The notes: generated by a model from the sequence alone, not told the origin. DNA of 64,000 nt from Vitrella brassicaformis CCMP3155 (GCA_001179505.1 CDMY01000446.1:10997-74996); one strand, 5' to 3'. Shown: positions 1 to 13,177, counted from the first letter of the stretch. Numbers and translations are program-made.

Positions 1-930
1 ACCGCTCTGACAGCGGTCCTCTCCTCAGCAGCCAGGAGGTCGCGGCCATTTTCGCCAACGTCGATGTGAATGGGAATGGGTTCGTTAGCTACAGCGAGTT
101 CCTGCAGGCCGCATTTGAACCTCACAAGCTGCTCAGCAAAGACAGGATCAAAGTAGGTCAGACAAGCTTCTTTGTTCACCCGCAGCTTGCCTGCACCCTG
201 CCTGCGGTCTGCATATAGCGTTCTTTCGACATGCTTGACGTCGATGGGGACGGCTACCTCTCGCTGGCAGACCTGGAGGATGTCATGGCGCCAGGCAGGT
301 GGGCAGATCAGAGGGCATGGTGGCAACGGATGAGTACAGGAATGGGCCACTGTGTCTCCTTAGGGTTGCGCTGCCTCAGCTGGTCTTCAGCGAGATTGGC
401 AAGTCGGGGGAGGGAGATGGGCGCATCGGTCAGACAACCGAAAAGCCAAACCGAAACGCAAAAAACTGCGTCCATCAATGTCTCTCTGGTCCGCTTGTCG
501 TTATTCAGACCTGACAGAGTATGAGACGGTCATCCGTGCCCTCATCCCGGCCACACTCACTCCGCGCAGGTCGGGCAGCCTTGCATCCTTCATTCGCGGC
601 GCCTCCATGCTCTCATTGCTCTCGGGCCCGTCGAACAAAGACTCAAGAAGCGGATCGACAGAGGACGTGTCTCAGGGCACACCCCACAAGAGACGCAGGC
701 GGCCGAGCGGCAGCAATGCGAGTGTGGGCGATAGCAGCTCCACACAGTCGCCAAAGTCGCCCGTCAGGAAGGGCGAGTGGACGCCCTCGACCGAGAGGAG
801 GGAATCGGGGGGCTGTGGGGGGGAAGAAAAGACAAAGGAGGCGCAGTTGCAGGCGCCTCCTCCGTTGTTTCAGGAAGACATGGTTCGCTTTACGAGTGGG
901 GGAGGCATAAGCGGGGGTGAATCGAATTGA
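1..930 (+). CDS. 3' part of a CDPK-like EF-hand protein with a Ser/Arg-rich C-terminal tail (5' end outside window)
   Basis: Spliced exons read QEVAAIFANVDVNGNGFVSYSEFLQAAFEPHKLLSKDRIK / RSFDMLDVDGDGYLSLADLEDVMAPG (two EF-hands in CDPK calmodulin-like-domain spacing) / ...DLTEYETVIRAL...; stop at 930. Kinase domain not visible. Confidence 0.7.
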
Positions 931-2005
931 CTTGATTTGGGGAACGTTGCACGCTTACGTCTGTGTGTGCATTTGTCATTTATTGGGAGTTCCCTCTGGC
1001 GGGCTTTTGTATGAGATAGCTAGCTTGTAATAGCTAGGGGACAAAAAGTGAGAGTACTTGGCTATTTTGGTGTCCATGCATGCTCTGTTCTTCCTCCACA
1101 GGGGCATCACATCAAGAACGGTAGCCACCACACATTCATACGTACATGTATCGATGGCCTGTGCTTACCTTTTCTCGTGTGTTTCAAACGAATGCGACTA
1201 GCCCCACGGTACTCACCGACACCAGTAAGATGGTGTTGATGTGGAAAACACTTAGTGTGCCCGCTTGTCTTCCTCGTTCCAGTGCCTTTTTCCCATGCTT
1301 ACACCCCCATGTCTTACAGAAAATGGCATCCCTCACCCTCCCCCCAGTAGACATGCAATCCCCCTTCCCCTGGTGTGTCAGACGCCCTGTCTCACAGTGC
1401 TTTACATGTGCAATCCTCAAGCAAACAGTGGTGCGGTTCCATTGGGGGGCCCCTCAGGGTCCTCACGTCCTCCGTCAGCAGCAGCGTGAGCGGGCTGCGG
1501 CTGATCCTGCAGCCAGCGGCCATAGCCGTAGCCGTACTTGCTGCGGTACCTGCACAGTCACCCGCGGGCATAATCACGCATGCATATTGTATTCAGCCAT
1601 GCCCCTCTCGGACTATCATCTCTCTTCCCACCGGTTGTATCTTCTGTACGCTTTTCTGTATCTCTTGTAGCGCCTCCATCTGTACTTCCAGCCAGACAAA
1701 GTGACCAGGGGGAACGACACCAGCAGTAGCAGCAGCACAAACACACGCATGGCGGCTGGGGAAAAAAGGGGAAGGGGAAAGTCGAGATCCTGTGAAACGG
1801 ATGATGGCCAAGGCTTGGGTTCACATTTTCCGGCTTCGCAATGTGTCGGGCGCTGAGCGGCGGGCGCATCTGAGCAGCACGGGAATGCGGAGAAATCGAT
1901 GAAATTTCTTCCTGACGATGGTTTCCTGATTCGCAGCGGTGCCTTCTGGTTGGTGGGATAGGTGGGACTGCCCGGCCTCAGCGAAGGAGAATAAGAGACC
2001 CCGCC

Positions 2006-3743
2006 GGCCGCCCTCATGGCAGAAGGTGCAACCAAGCACAAACACACCTTCCACAGCCGATGGGATCTGCGGGGGTGTGTGCAGGTGGCGGCTGTGGTGG
2101 TGGTGGGTCTGCCTTATCTTGCAGCGGCACCAATGTGGCGCGCCAGCAGGTCAGCCGTCGGTCGTGTCCCCTGAAATCCACCGATAACACCGAAGATCTC
2201 TTCCCTCTTTCTTGGTTGGCTTGTTTGCTCATGCAGTTGTCGGCTGATGTGTCGGGGGCTCGTGCTCGTGCGCTGCTGCACAGCCAAGGGGATGTACAGG
2301 TACGCGCCTGGGTGGGTGGTGGATGCACGACGTGACGCACCAGACACCCGATCGGCGCAACACCTCACCTGCCGTGCTGTATCTGCGTGTGGCCCCGGAG
2401 TGAAGTGTCGGCCATGACGGGCAGATCGACGCTCATCAACGACCTCTTAGACAACCCACACACACAGGTGGGTACACACAGATACCACAGGCGCATCGAT
2501 ACGAGCCAGGGGACCCGACAGAGTGTGGTGTGGTGTGGTGGGATGTCGTCAGGTGGGCGTTAGCGGATCGGTGGACGTAGAGCATCATGCCGATGGCGGA
2601 CCTGACGCATCGAATTCGGTGCGCCACGGGCAGCCATGTGGTTCCTCTCTGCTGCTGTGTGTGCATGTGTGAATGCGTATCTCTGTATTGTCGCGGCAGG
2701 GTGGCGATGGTAGCAGTTGTGGTACAGTGGCGGAGACGAACCAGAGGGCATCTCGTCCATCCAATGAGGTGCGCAGGACCACAGACATAAGGGCCATCGG
2801 TGTCAGCTATCTGGTACTCACTGCGCCCGTGTGTGTGTGTGTGCAGGTAGCTCTTACCGGCGTGGCGGGCGGTATGGCGCTGTCAGACAATGACGCACTC
2901 ACGGTAGGCAAACAAACGACACACACAGAGGCAGACGGGATGGTGGGCAGGCACGCCGTCCGCATGTGTGTGTCTGCTGTGTCAATTCGTGTAGGTGTCC
3001 GCGAGTGCGTCGTCGTGCCGTCCGTTCGCCAATGGCAGCGCAGTGCCGGCGGGTCGAGTGTGGATGTTGTCGGAGCAGAAGGACAAGGCTCTGGTGCTGG
3101 CGGACGTGTACCGCACGGAGCCGGAGCCGACGTACACGGAGGGAGGAGACTCTGCATGAAGGAGGTCGATGGGACGGAGATTTTCGAGATAGTGGTGCCC
3201 AGCACAACACCGCACTTCAAACAGCTTGACAATCGTGCAGTAAGCAAACAGACACACACAGAGGGAGCGGGCTGTGTTTGATGCCGGGCTGCGACCACCT
3301 CTCTCTCTGCGTGTGGTTGCTTGTTGGAATCAGGTGTGTGGCGGCTTCCGTTACTACGACAAAGGAGATCCCCTGGAGCCGCACCACCGACTTGCGGGCA
3401 CGGTCGAGCAAACCACAGATGGGGTAAGCGAATAATTAATACAAGCGGGCATGGCACAAACACGCGCATGTGTGTGTGTATGTATGCTGATGTCGTCACT
3501 GCTGTGATCAGAATGGACCTCGTGCATCCAATTCGGTACACCGAGAGACACGCAGAGACATACGCCATGTGAGTATATTCCGTCCATCTCATGGTCCCTT
3601 TGTGTGTGTGCAGGTAGCCGTGTCGGGCAGCAAGCGGGCTCGCGTGGAGCATTCCCCAAGCCGTGCCGCTGCCAGTGGTGGGGCGCGACACACTTACGCA
3701 GAGCATGGATGACCCACCACACCAATCAGATACGCTCATTCCC

Positions 3744-3780
<37 letters not shown>

Positions 3781-3860
3781 TGTGTTCGTGCAGGTAGCTT
3801 GTCGGGCGGACCTCAGCAAGCGGCGCAGGGCCATGACCAACAGCACCAACAGCAGCAGCA
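2006..3860 (+). CDS. Probable short upstream exons of the lineage-specific gene at 3947-7012
   Basis: Short GC-rich blocks flanked by cag/gt with semi-repeated peptides (GGPDASNSVRH / NGPRASNSVHR; VGVSGSVDVEH / VAVSGSKRARVEH; GPQQAAQGHDQQHQQQQQ). Frames not fully resolved. Confidence 0.3.
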
Positions 3861-3946
3861 GGTCAGTGAGCCGACACGTGGCCAAGACAATCACACATCC
3901 ACACACCCGCAGCGGACCCATACCTTTTTGTCCGTGTGTGTGTCAG

Positions 3947-6900
3947 GTTGTCCATCGGCCGTGTCTGTGTGGCCTGCCGGGCCACCTGTTGTGTGAGATG
4001 GCGTCGCATCTGACCACCATCGAGGCCACCGCCCTCCTCTGCCTCAACAGCGACATCAGGAGCAAGGCCAACTACGACCCAGACAACACACCCACCACCC
4101 AGGACAACACGGACGGCACGTCAGTCGGCATCTTCCGACACCTCACCATCGCACCTCACGAAACCGACACGTGGAAGAGGCTCAAGAAGGCCACGCGCAC
4201 CCGGCTGTTGGGCAAGCTGGTGAGGGATCCTTCGTTGACCGAGACAGAAACACCACCAGACTTGTCATATGTGGGCGGCCTCTCTGTTTGTCCTTTCCAT
4301 CAGGGTCATGTCACGGAGGCCCGCATCGCGGCCGCCGGACCGTACCCCCTGCCCTTCGTGTCGACATCCCTCGAGGCCTCAAAGGCGACCCTCACACAGG
4401 TGTACATCACGGTTGCTGACGAACGGCGTCGATACAAGCCGAGGCCCAGGAATCGGCCCCCACCCCCTGTGGCCTTCGACAATGTCACCACGCTGCACGT
4501 GACGTCCGGCGTGTGGATCCAACACTTCAGGTGAATGAAGCCAATGTGACATGCCTGCCTGCGGATCTGTCTGCTTGAATCTGCCCGTGTCCTTTTGTGC
4601 TGTTTGTGTCAGTGACTGTAACTGGAGGTTCCAGAGCCTTGTCAACTTGCGAGTCGGTCACCTCACCAGTTGCAGATACGGTGACCTCCCTCACCTCCCT
4701 CACCTCACTCGCATCGTGCAGACATCTCCCAAGCTCAAGACACTGACAACCGAGCGCATCAAGGGACACGGCGTGGGCGACGGGTGGCGTGCCTTCACGG
4801 ATGCCCTCCGCGAGTGCAGACACCTCACCACCATCCGTGGGGTGGAGGTCTACGACTCGGCTGACCTGCAGCAGGCCCTCGAGACCATCTGGGGCCGAGA
4901 GGACATGCAGGGTGAGATGGACAGACACACACCCACACATCCATCCATCCATCAGCCACCTCTGTCTCATATGGCTGTATTCGATGCGTGTTGTCTTGCT
5001 GCCTTTCGCCAGGCGTCCAGAAGACCATCCAGCTGCTGTTCACCAGCCCCACCATCAGCCACACCTTCGACGATCACACCCGCCCCCTGCACAAGTTCCT
5101 CACCTGGGCACGGAAGCTGGGCGTGTCCGTCGAGTGGCGACCCCTGGCCGAGCTGCCCCTGGTCGAGGATGACGATGACGAGCCCTCCATGAGAGTGGAC
5201 TGCAGGGAGGAGGTGTCGAGCGCTTCCCCTGCTGTGGTCCAGCAGCTGGCGCAACAGGCAACAAAGGTGAGAAGACAGCGACATACACGGACTGATCCAA
5301 AGGCTCACTTGTGATGGTGTGTATGTATCCTATTCCCTTTTTCAGGTGGATCTCTACTGCGGTGGCACGCCTCTCCATGAGTCGCGGAAGTCGCTCCTGA
5401 CCTTCCCCAACGCCAAGACGCTGTACATCGATGCCCCTGACGACACGCCGGTGCAGAAGGGGCTGGACGGCATCCCCCCATTCGTGCTCGAGACCGACAA
5501 GGAGGACGGCAACAACAAATGATTCCCAGCCATCGAGCACCTCGACATCGGATTGAGGCGTTTGTCTCTCGGCCCCAACACAGACACACTCCTAGCCAGC
5601 CTGGGCGACCCCACCAGCCCACTCACTACACTGCTAGGCAGCCTGCGTCGTGTCAGATCAGTCACATTCCGGTCGTCCTTTAGCCTGGCTGCCGTGGCTC
5701 AGTGTGTGGCGTGCCTGCGTGTCGATGAGCTAGATGAGGTACGTGTGTGTGATCCTCGGGGTACACTGCCTGACGAGCACCACCACCACACTCACACTCC
5801 TCCACACGTACACCGCCTCTCGGTGGAACAATCTGATGAGTGGAACAATCTGACGAAGGCAGGGGCCTTGTCGTGTATGCGCCTTGCAGAGAGGTTGAGG
5901 GCAAGGGAGGCACAGTTCGTTTTGGGGGGAAGGGAGGTAAAGTACTTACCCGACTTTGGGGCGGAGTACCTGCGCTGTCACGGCTACGGCCACCTGGCTG
6001 ACCTGCAGCAGGCCCTGGATACCATCTGGGGCCGAGAGGACATGCAGGGTGAGGCGGACAGCCGCACAGCCACACATCCATCCATCCATCAGCTCCCTCT
6101 GTCTCATATGGCTGTATTCGATGCGTGTTGTCTTCTGCCTTTCGTCAGGCGTCCAGAAGACCATCCAGCTGCTGTTCTACTACCCCACCATCAGCCACAC
6201 CGTCGGCGACCACACCCGCCCCCTGCACACCTTGCTCGCCTGGGCACGGAAGCTGGGCGTGTCCGTCGAGTGCCGGCTCAAGCGCCATCCCCTGCACAAG
6301 GATGACGAGCCCTCCATGAGAGTGGACTGCAGCGAGGAGGTGTCGAGCGCTTCCCCTGCTGTGGCTGACCTTGTGGCTGACGTGGTCCAGCAGCTGGCGC
6401 CACAGGCAACAAAGGTGAGAAGACAGCGACATACACGGACTGATCCAAAGGCTCACTTGTGATGGTGTGTATGTATCCTATTCCCTTTTTCAGGTGGATC
6501 TCCGCTGCGGTGGCACGCCTCTCCATGAGTCGTGGAAGTCGCTCCCGACCTTCCCCAACGCCAAGACGCTGTACATCGATGCCCCTCAGAAGCTGCTGGC
6601 CAACAGCATCTCCCCATTCGTGCTCGAGATCGACCAGAAGGACGGCAACGACAAACGATTCCCAGCCGTCGAGCACCTCGACATCGGATTGAGGCGTTTG
6701 TCTCTCGGCCCCAACACAGACACACTCCTAGCCAGCCTGGGCGACCCCACCAGCCCACTCACTACACTGCTAGGCAGCCTGCGTCGTGTCAGATCAGTCA
6801 CATTCCGGTCGTCCTTTAGCCTGGCTGCCGTGGCTCAGTGTGTGGCGTGCCTGCGTGTCGATAAGCTAGATGAGGTATGTGTGTGTGATCCTCGGGGTAC

Positions 6901-7012
6901 ACTGCCTGACGAGCCCCACCACCACACTCACACTCCTCCACACGTACACCGCCTCACTCTGAAGGGCTGGCCGGTGCCGCCCTCCTCACTATGGGGAGCT
7001 AGAGGGGGATAA
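3947..7012 (+). pseudogene. Lineage-specific F-box-like/LRR-like gene with an internal tandem duplication and an in-frame TGA
   Basis: LCGLPGHLLCEMASHLTTIEATALL (F-box-like) followed by LRR-like blocks (SLVNLRVGHL, SPKLKTLTTERI, TFPNAKTLYID, PAVEHLDIGL). TGA at 5520-5522 corresponds to CGA at 6656-6658 in the second copy. Confidence 0.6.
4859..6955 (+). repeat. Tandem duplication of ~960 bp (4859-5819 and 5996-6955), including two introns
   Basis: Both copies begin ggctgacctgcagcaggccct and end ccacacgtacaccgcctc; near-identical exons and introns. Confidence 0.95.
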
Positions 7013-7670
7013 TCTAGAGGAGGTCCTCTCTAGAAAGCTTGCGCCCGGCACCATGGGCTGCAGGCGCTCGGTGTCGAGTGCTTCAGACAGGTGTAGGGCT
7101 CATATGACTGCCTCACTTAGATAGACACAGAGTGTGAGGTGGATTGTGACGAAGACAGGACTTACTTTAGCTCACTGCAAGTCAGGCTCAGTCTGCAGGC
7201 CATGACGCCAGGTGGGGTGGACAAGGAAGTGACTGACTGACTGAGTGAGTGTTGGGGTGGCTGTTGGGTCGAGAAAGAGCCGCCCGATGCAGGCAGGCAG
7301 AGTGTTGATACGCGCTTACATGCAATGCCTTCACTTCATCGCCGGTGGGTCGGTGGGCCATGCCGTGTTTTTCAAGCGGATGCATGTGCTGTGTTGTGTT
7401 GTGTGTGATCGATCAACACAGCGCAGCACACCACTCGTGCGCACGTGTCATGCATGCCCAAGTCCCCTCCCTACTTGCTTGGTCAGACAGACAGACAGAC
7501 ACACATCTCTCCTGCCAGGGCTGCCTGGCTGGCTGCCTCCGTGACCTGGCCCACTTTGTCGACCGATTGCACGGTGCATTCATTGGATGGCTGGCGACTT
7601 ACTATGCACACATACACACATAAATGGGTTGGCCGTCACCATTTTATGCATTCGTCAGACCTGCCTGCCT

Positions 7671-9443
7671 TGCCTGCCTGGATTTTTGCCTCCTCCATGT
7701 TCCGTCGGACGGATGGCGACTTACTTGCGGGCTGTTCACACACACCATATACATACATCAATGTGTTGTCTGTCTCCGTGGGTGCTGGTGCCATGCATTG
7801 CTGTGGATGCCACGCTTGTGCCGTGCCTGCCTTTCTGCGTGCATACATATGCACTCTGCTGATGAATTCGATGGACATGGCGGGCGGCCCCACGGCTGTC
7901 TGGGGAGGGAACAAGGGCGAAGGGAGAGGTGGGTCGGGGGATGTGTGTGAATGATAGCCACGCTCTCTCCTCTCTCCTCTCTCCTGTTGCTGATGCGTAG
8001 CCATGCAAACGGGCGGGCCATGCAGATGAGAGATGGATGGCGGGAAGGACTAGGCGGCCAGGCGCCAGGTGGGCAAGGCAAGGAGGGCAGGCAGGTTTTG
8101 ATCAACGAAAGTACCGGTGCGCAAGCATCGCTGTCGCTGCCCCTCTCTGCCAACCTTCCTGCCTTTCTGCCTGCCTACTTGCCTCACCTTGTGGACACAT
8201 TACACGGTGAATGCATTAGATTAGATGCATGTCGACTTGCTTGTGGACTCTCTACGTGTGTCAGTCATGGGTGTCAATGATGTGCTCGTGCTATGCTGGG
8301 CATCTGAGTGCCACCCCCACCAAATCACTACCATTCATCTCAACAGTCAACGAGTCAATACCTACAACAAAGACATGCCCATGCACGCCACAAGCTGCAG
8401 AACGAATGGCGCTCCGGGAACATCGTCCGTCGTACAGGTGGTCAAAAAGAGACACCGCATCACATCAAAGAGCTCACACGTGAGGAACAAGCAAGGCAGA
8501 ACTACTGCAATGCGAACGTCAGACAGACAGACAGACAGACACCCTCCCTGCATGCCTGCCGGCCAGCCTGCCTGCCTGTCTGCCTGCCTGGTTTTTTGCC
8601 TAATGCTCCGTCGGACGGATGGCGACTTGCTTGCGGGCTGTTCACACACACACCATATACATACATCAATGTGTTGTCTCCGTGGGTGCTGGTGCCATGC
8701 ATTCCTGTGGATGCCACGCTTGTGCCGTGCCGTGCCTGCCTTTCTGCGTGCGTACATATGCACTCTGCTGATATATGAATTCGATGGCCATCTATCTATC
8801 TGTGTGGGCCATGGCGGGCGGCCCCACGGCTGTCTGGGAAGGGGACAAGGGAGAGCTTACCGGGTCTGGGGATTTGTGAATGATAGCCTCGCTCTCTCCT
8901 GTCTCCTGTTGCGATGGGTAGCCATGCAAACGGGCGGGCCATGCAGATGGGAGATGGATGGCGGGAAAGACTAGGCGGCCAGGCGCCAGGTGGGCAAGGC
9001 AAGGAGGGCAGGCAGGTTTTGATCAACGAACGTATCGGTGCGCAAGCATCGCTGTCGCTGCCCCTCTCTCTGCCAACCTTCCTGTCTTTCTGCCTGCCTG
9101 CCTGCTTGGCTCACCTTGTCGACACATTACACGGTGAATGCATTAATTAGATGCATGTCGACTTGCTTGTGGACTCTCTACGTGTGTCAGTCATGGGTGT
9201 CAATGATGTGCCCGTGCTTTGCTGGGCATCTGGTGCACCACCCCCACCAGATCACTATCATTCATCTCAACGGTCAACGAGTCATACATACCACAAAGAC
9301 ATGCCATGCACACCACAAGCTGCAGAACGAATGGCGCTCCGGGAACATCGTCCGTCGTACACGTGGTCAAGAAGAGACACCGCATCACATCAAAGAGCTC
9401 ACACGTGAGGAACAAGCAAGGCAGAACTACTGCGATGCGAACG
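7671..9443. repeat. Tandem duplication of ~850-870 bp intergenic DNA (7671-8518 and 8581-9443)
   Basis: Shared start tgcctgcctgg..ttttgcc, shared end gcagaactactgc(a/g)atgcgaacg, colinear in between with small indels. Confidence 0.9.
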
Positions 9444-9467
9444 AACCGAGACCCCTCTCTGTCTGTC

Positions 9468-10842
9468 TCACTCGTGCTTGCCCCCGCCCTTATAGAGGCC
9501 TGCATTCTCCTGTACCCATTGCCTGAAGGTGCGGTGCGGCTGGAGGACTTTGAGCAGCCCCTCATCCGTCGTCATGGTCGCAAAGTGGCCGTCCCGCCAT
9601 ATCTGCATCATGTCAGCAACGGCAGCATCGGGGTTGCCGAAATGCGCATGCGCCCATTCACGGGGGGTCATATCGCGAACAGAGATCGGAGTGTCCAGCA
9701 CCTCAGAATAGACCTGTGTGCACCCACACACCACACAATCAATGCTCACGTACGTGTACAGGTCTGTCGTGTGTGTGTGTGGATGAAGTGATTGATGTGT
9801 GCGCAGCGGACCGACCTTTGCAATCAGCTGAAAGTCCAGCAGTTCGGGCCCGGTGATCTCATATGTCGCGCCCACATGCTGCTGCCTCTCCTCTTCAGGC
9901 ATGATCAGCAGCCTCACGGCACACTCAGCGACGTCCCGAATATCGATCCAGCCCGCCTTGCTAGCCCGTGTGCAGTCGTAGATGCAGCGCTCCTTGGTGA
10001 TGGTGGAGATGTCTATCAGGTGGTTCTGCATGTAGAAGCACGGGTGCAGGACGGTGAAGGGCACACCACTGGACCGAAGGAAGCCCTCGATGTGCGTGTG
10101 CTCCCGGCCATAAGCAACGGGTGCGTCGGTGCCGTAGATGGGATCTGCCGTGCCGGCCTTGACCTGATCCATCGACACAGACAGACAGACGAACGACAAA
10201 TGGCATTCATTGTCCAAATCATACATAGCTCTTGTCTGTCTGCTGGTTGTACCAGGTACTTGACGCCCTCCTCTTTGGCACACTCGATGAAGTTCTCCTC
10301 GTTGGCCGTCTGCTCCCCCTCCTTAGCCGTGTTGCCGCACACCAGAAAGGCCTCCGTGCAGCCCCGCAACGCATCCCTCAGGGCCTTCCTGTCCTGCACA
10401 CACGGATGAACAGACAGGCCACCAGACAGTCAGTCATCGGTTTTGTGCCTGCCTCCCAGTCAGTAAGGTGCACGAGCTGCATCTCACTCACTCACCTTCA
10501 TGTCGGCCAGCACCACCTTGACTCCCGGTAGTTGATCCATCCAGTCGGCACGGTGGCCACGTCTGTTCCGCACCAATGCCCTGAATGAATGAATGAATGC
10601 ATTCTTGGATTGAGTTTCAGCCATCTCCTTCGTCTGTGCTGTGTGAGCCCCAAACGTACTTACCGAATCTCCCAGTCGGCATTGGCGAGTTGTCGTTGTT
10701 TCACCAGCTCCTTGAGTACCTCGCCGCCTGTGCGGCCAGTGCAGCCTGTGATAGCGAAGATCCGCTTGGACGGTGTGAATGACATGGCGAGAGGCAACAG
10801 GGACAGAAGGATTGGAAATGAAGAGCCACGCTTGAGGAACAT
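9468..10842 (-). CDS. NmrA-like / atypical SDR NAD(P)-binding oxidoreductase
   Basis: RIFAITGCTGRTGGEVLKEL (Rossmann GxxGxxG), ALVRN, LRDALRGCTEAFLV, EGFLRSSGVPFTVLHPCFYMQN, WIDIRDVAECA, TYEITGPELL; several introns. Confidence 0.85.
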
Positions 10843-10851
10843 CTGCTTGAG

Positions 10852-12508
10852 GGAGCAGGGTTTGAAACCCTGGACCCACTAGGGGTGTGGGACGACACAC
10901 TCCACCGCACGCACGATCATTTAGAGAGAGGTCTCCATCAGCACACACATGCATTGGTTGCGAGTGATCCGCCAGGCAGCCAAACACAGTCACACACCCC
11001 GGAGCATCACATCAAAATCGGCCATTGCAGCAGCGAAGAGCACCAAGCGCACCCACAGCCCCACCCCCAGGCAGCCAGCGAGCCATGAGGACGAGAAGAT
11101 CTCTTACAGACAGACAGACAGACAGACAGACAGAGACGTAGAGGGGGAGGGAGAGACGCACCGATAGCGCACGGACAAAAGGCACAGCCATAGCCTGACT
11201 AACGCAACGCATGCATCAGAGGCATATGGTGACCCCTGACCATCCCAAATCCAGAGCGAGTGGGTGGCACACCGAGCACCCCTCGTCCTGCGCACACACG
11301 GACCGGACAAAGAGAGGCCAAGAAACCCTCCTAATGACACACATACAACGCAATAATTGGATGACCGGAGACATTAATCGGCTTTGCGCGTGGCATTTCT
11401 GTGGCGTACCAGTGGTAGTTGGACCGCTCAATCAGACACCGCCACCTGTCGAGTGCACAGGGAGGGACACACTTGTGTGCTGTATGCCTTCCCTCCCTCC
11501 CTCTTTGGTACCTGCACTGCCCTCATCATCGCCGCCATCGTGGGAACCTAACACAACACATAAACACACAAACACACAAAACAAAAGCCACGTCGTGCCG
11601 TCCATCCGGCCCGTGTTTGTGTGTGTCCCTACCACCGTCATCATCATTCTACTTGGCCGTCGAAGACGTATGGCGCCGCTCGCTCAAACGCCACACGGGC
11701 CAGCCGAGTGGTCACGGGGAAGCGGTCCTTGAAGGCACGCCACTCACCAGCGACAGGCGCCTCGGTCGTCCAGACCTGGACCCTCACTGCAGACAGACAA
11801 TGACAGAAAGAAAACACTGATGACACTTGACACCAGCAGAGCTGCATGTCGGTCGGCCTGACCGGTGCCGCCCCCCCAAGCGAAAAGGTTAATCCATGCG
11901 ACGAAGGTGTGGCTGCTGTCGGTCAGCACCAGATCTCGAATAGGACCATTCCAGGTGAGTGTGGTGGTGCAGCCGGCCACTGGTGTGTGGGGCGAGTCCG
12001 TCAGCAGGCCATCCAGACGGCCGCCACCAACACGCCTGAACCAACCACACACACACACACACACAATCACACACGCACCCCTCTCGCCACTGGTTCCATT
12101 GGTGTGCTACCTGTTGAGTGCCATCAGTGTGTGACGATTGAGTGTCGCTAAGTGTGGTTGAGGCCAACGGTGAGTGTCGTAGAAGTGGAAGCAGATCATC
12201 CGCTTGGCGAAGGACGACACCGACGCATAGGTGTCCGGGTAGCGCACCGAAGTCCATTTGCCGGTGAAGCCAGAGTATTCGATGCGGCTTGCCACTGGTG
12301 GGCCATGCTCTAGTCGGTGCTGCTGATACAGATGGCCGGCAAGGAGGGGCGGGTTGAGGTCCAGCTCGAAGCCGGGCTCGTCCTTGATGGCCCGCACCTC
12401 ACCGTTGGCATAGCGGAAGATCCGCAGGCAGCTGCCGTTGCCATTGGCATGGCGGCCCACCACCATGAGCTGCGCCAACACACGGGGAACCGACAGATAC
12501 GCCTACAC

Positions 12509-12554
<46 letters not shown>

Positions 12555-13005
12555 ATGATGCCTCTCTGTTCGCTCCCGCCCCTCTGTGTGTGCCTTACCG
12601 TCTTGCTGGCGTGTGTGTTGATGTCGTCTGCTGTGAGGCTGAGAGGCAGCGCGCAGCAGCCACACTGCCCCGCCCACTCAATCACCTCGCCGATCTCCAC
12701 CCATTCTCCCTCCTCCATCACACACACAGTGTGATGAAGCAGGTCACACACGCCGAACTGCTCATCGTCGAACCGCATCAGCTGCACTTGCCGCCCGTTG
12801 ACCACCCGCCGCAGCCCCGCCTGTGAGCCCAGCGAGTGACGGAGCCGATCTCTCAGCTGGGCCGCTCCGAAGAGCTTGCTGAGCCATTTGCAGGTGGCTC
12901 TCAGCTGGAGTATGTCTGTGAGGCTGAGGAGGTAGAAGGTGCGGCGGCCAACGAAGATATACGAGAAGGGATGCTGCTGCTGATGTTGCTGCTGCATCTG
13001 GAGAT
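10852..13005 (-). mobile_element. Dispersed ~2.15 kb gene cassette, copy 1 (putative mobile unit)
   Basis: Colinear with 21255-23330 from ggagcagggttt(g)gaaaccctggaccc to just past the ATG. No transposase and no clear TSD. Confidence 0.6.
11644..12997 (-). CDS. Lineage-specific F-box-like protein (MQQQHQQQHPFSYIFVGRR family), apparently intact, 4 exons
   Basis: FYLLSLTDILQLRATCKWLSKLF...ELDLNPPL..GHLYQQHRLEH...LNR|RVGGGRLDGLLTDSP...|VRVQVWTTEAP...VFDGQVE*; GT-AG introns shared with copy 2. Confidence 0.75.
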
Positions 13006-13177
13006 GAAAAGCCAGGGGAAGAGGCAAAACGTCGGCGATCAGATCTGCGAGCTGCGCGAATAACAGCTTTCTCCAGAAGGTGAGTCGTCTGGTGCATATC
13101 CCAGGCGCCACAGCACTGATCTCGTGTGCATCTGTTGTGTTTCGGTTGTCAGATCACACCGACGAACATCTGTCACG

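Noticed and set aside
1000-2000. Independent gene upstream of 2006
   Set aside because: Only short Gln/Ala-rich stretches; no consistent spliced ORF could be assembled.
5520-5522. Selenocysteine UGA
   Set aside because: It aligns to Arg (CGA) in the paralogous block, not Cys, and I recognised no SECIS.
10858-10883. Hairpin followed by CTAG as a Helitron 3' end
   Set aside because: CTAG is absent in copy 2, and the orientation would place the element on the wrong side.
12099-12110. Stop codons after LNR in both cassette copies (TAG/TAA)
   Set aside because: They are the first bases of a GT-AG intron (ag|gtag, ag|gtaa); the frame continues in the next exon.
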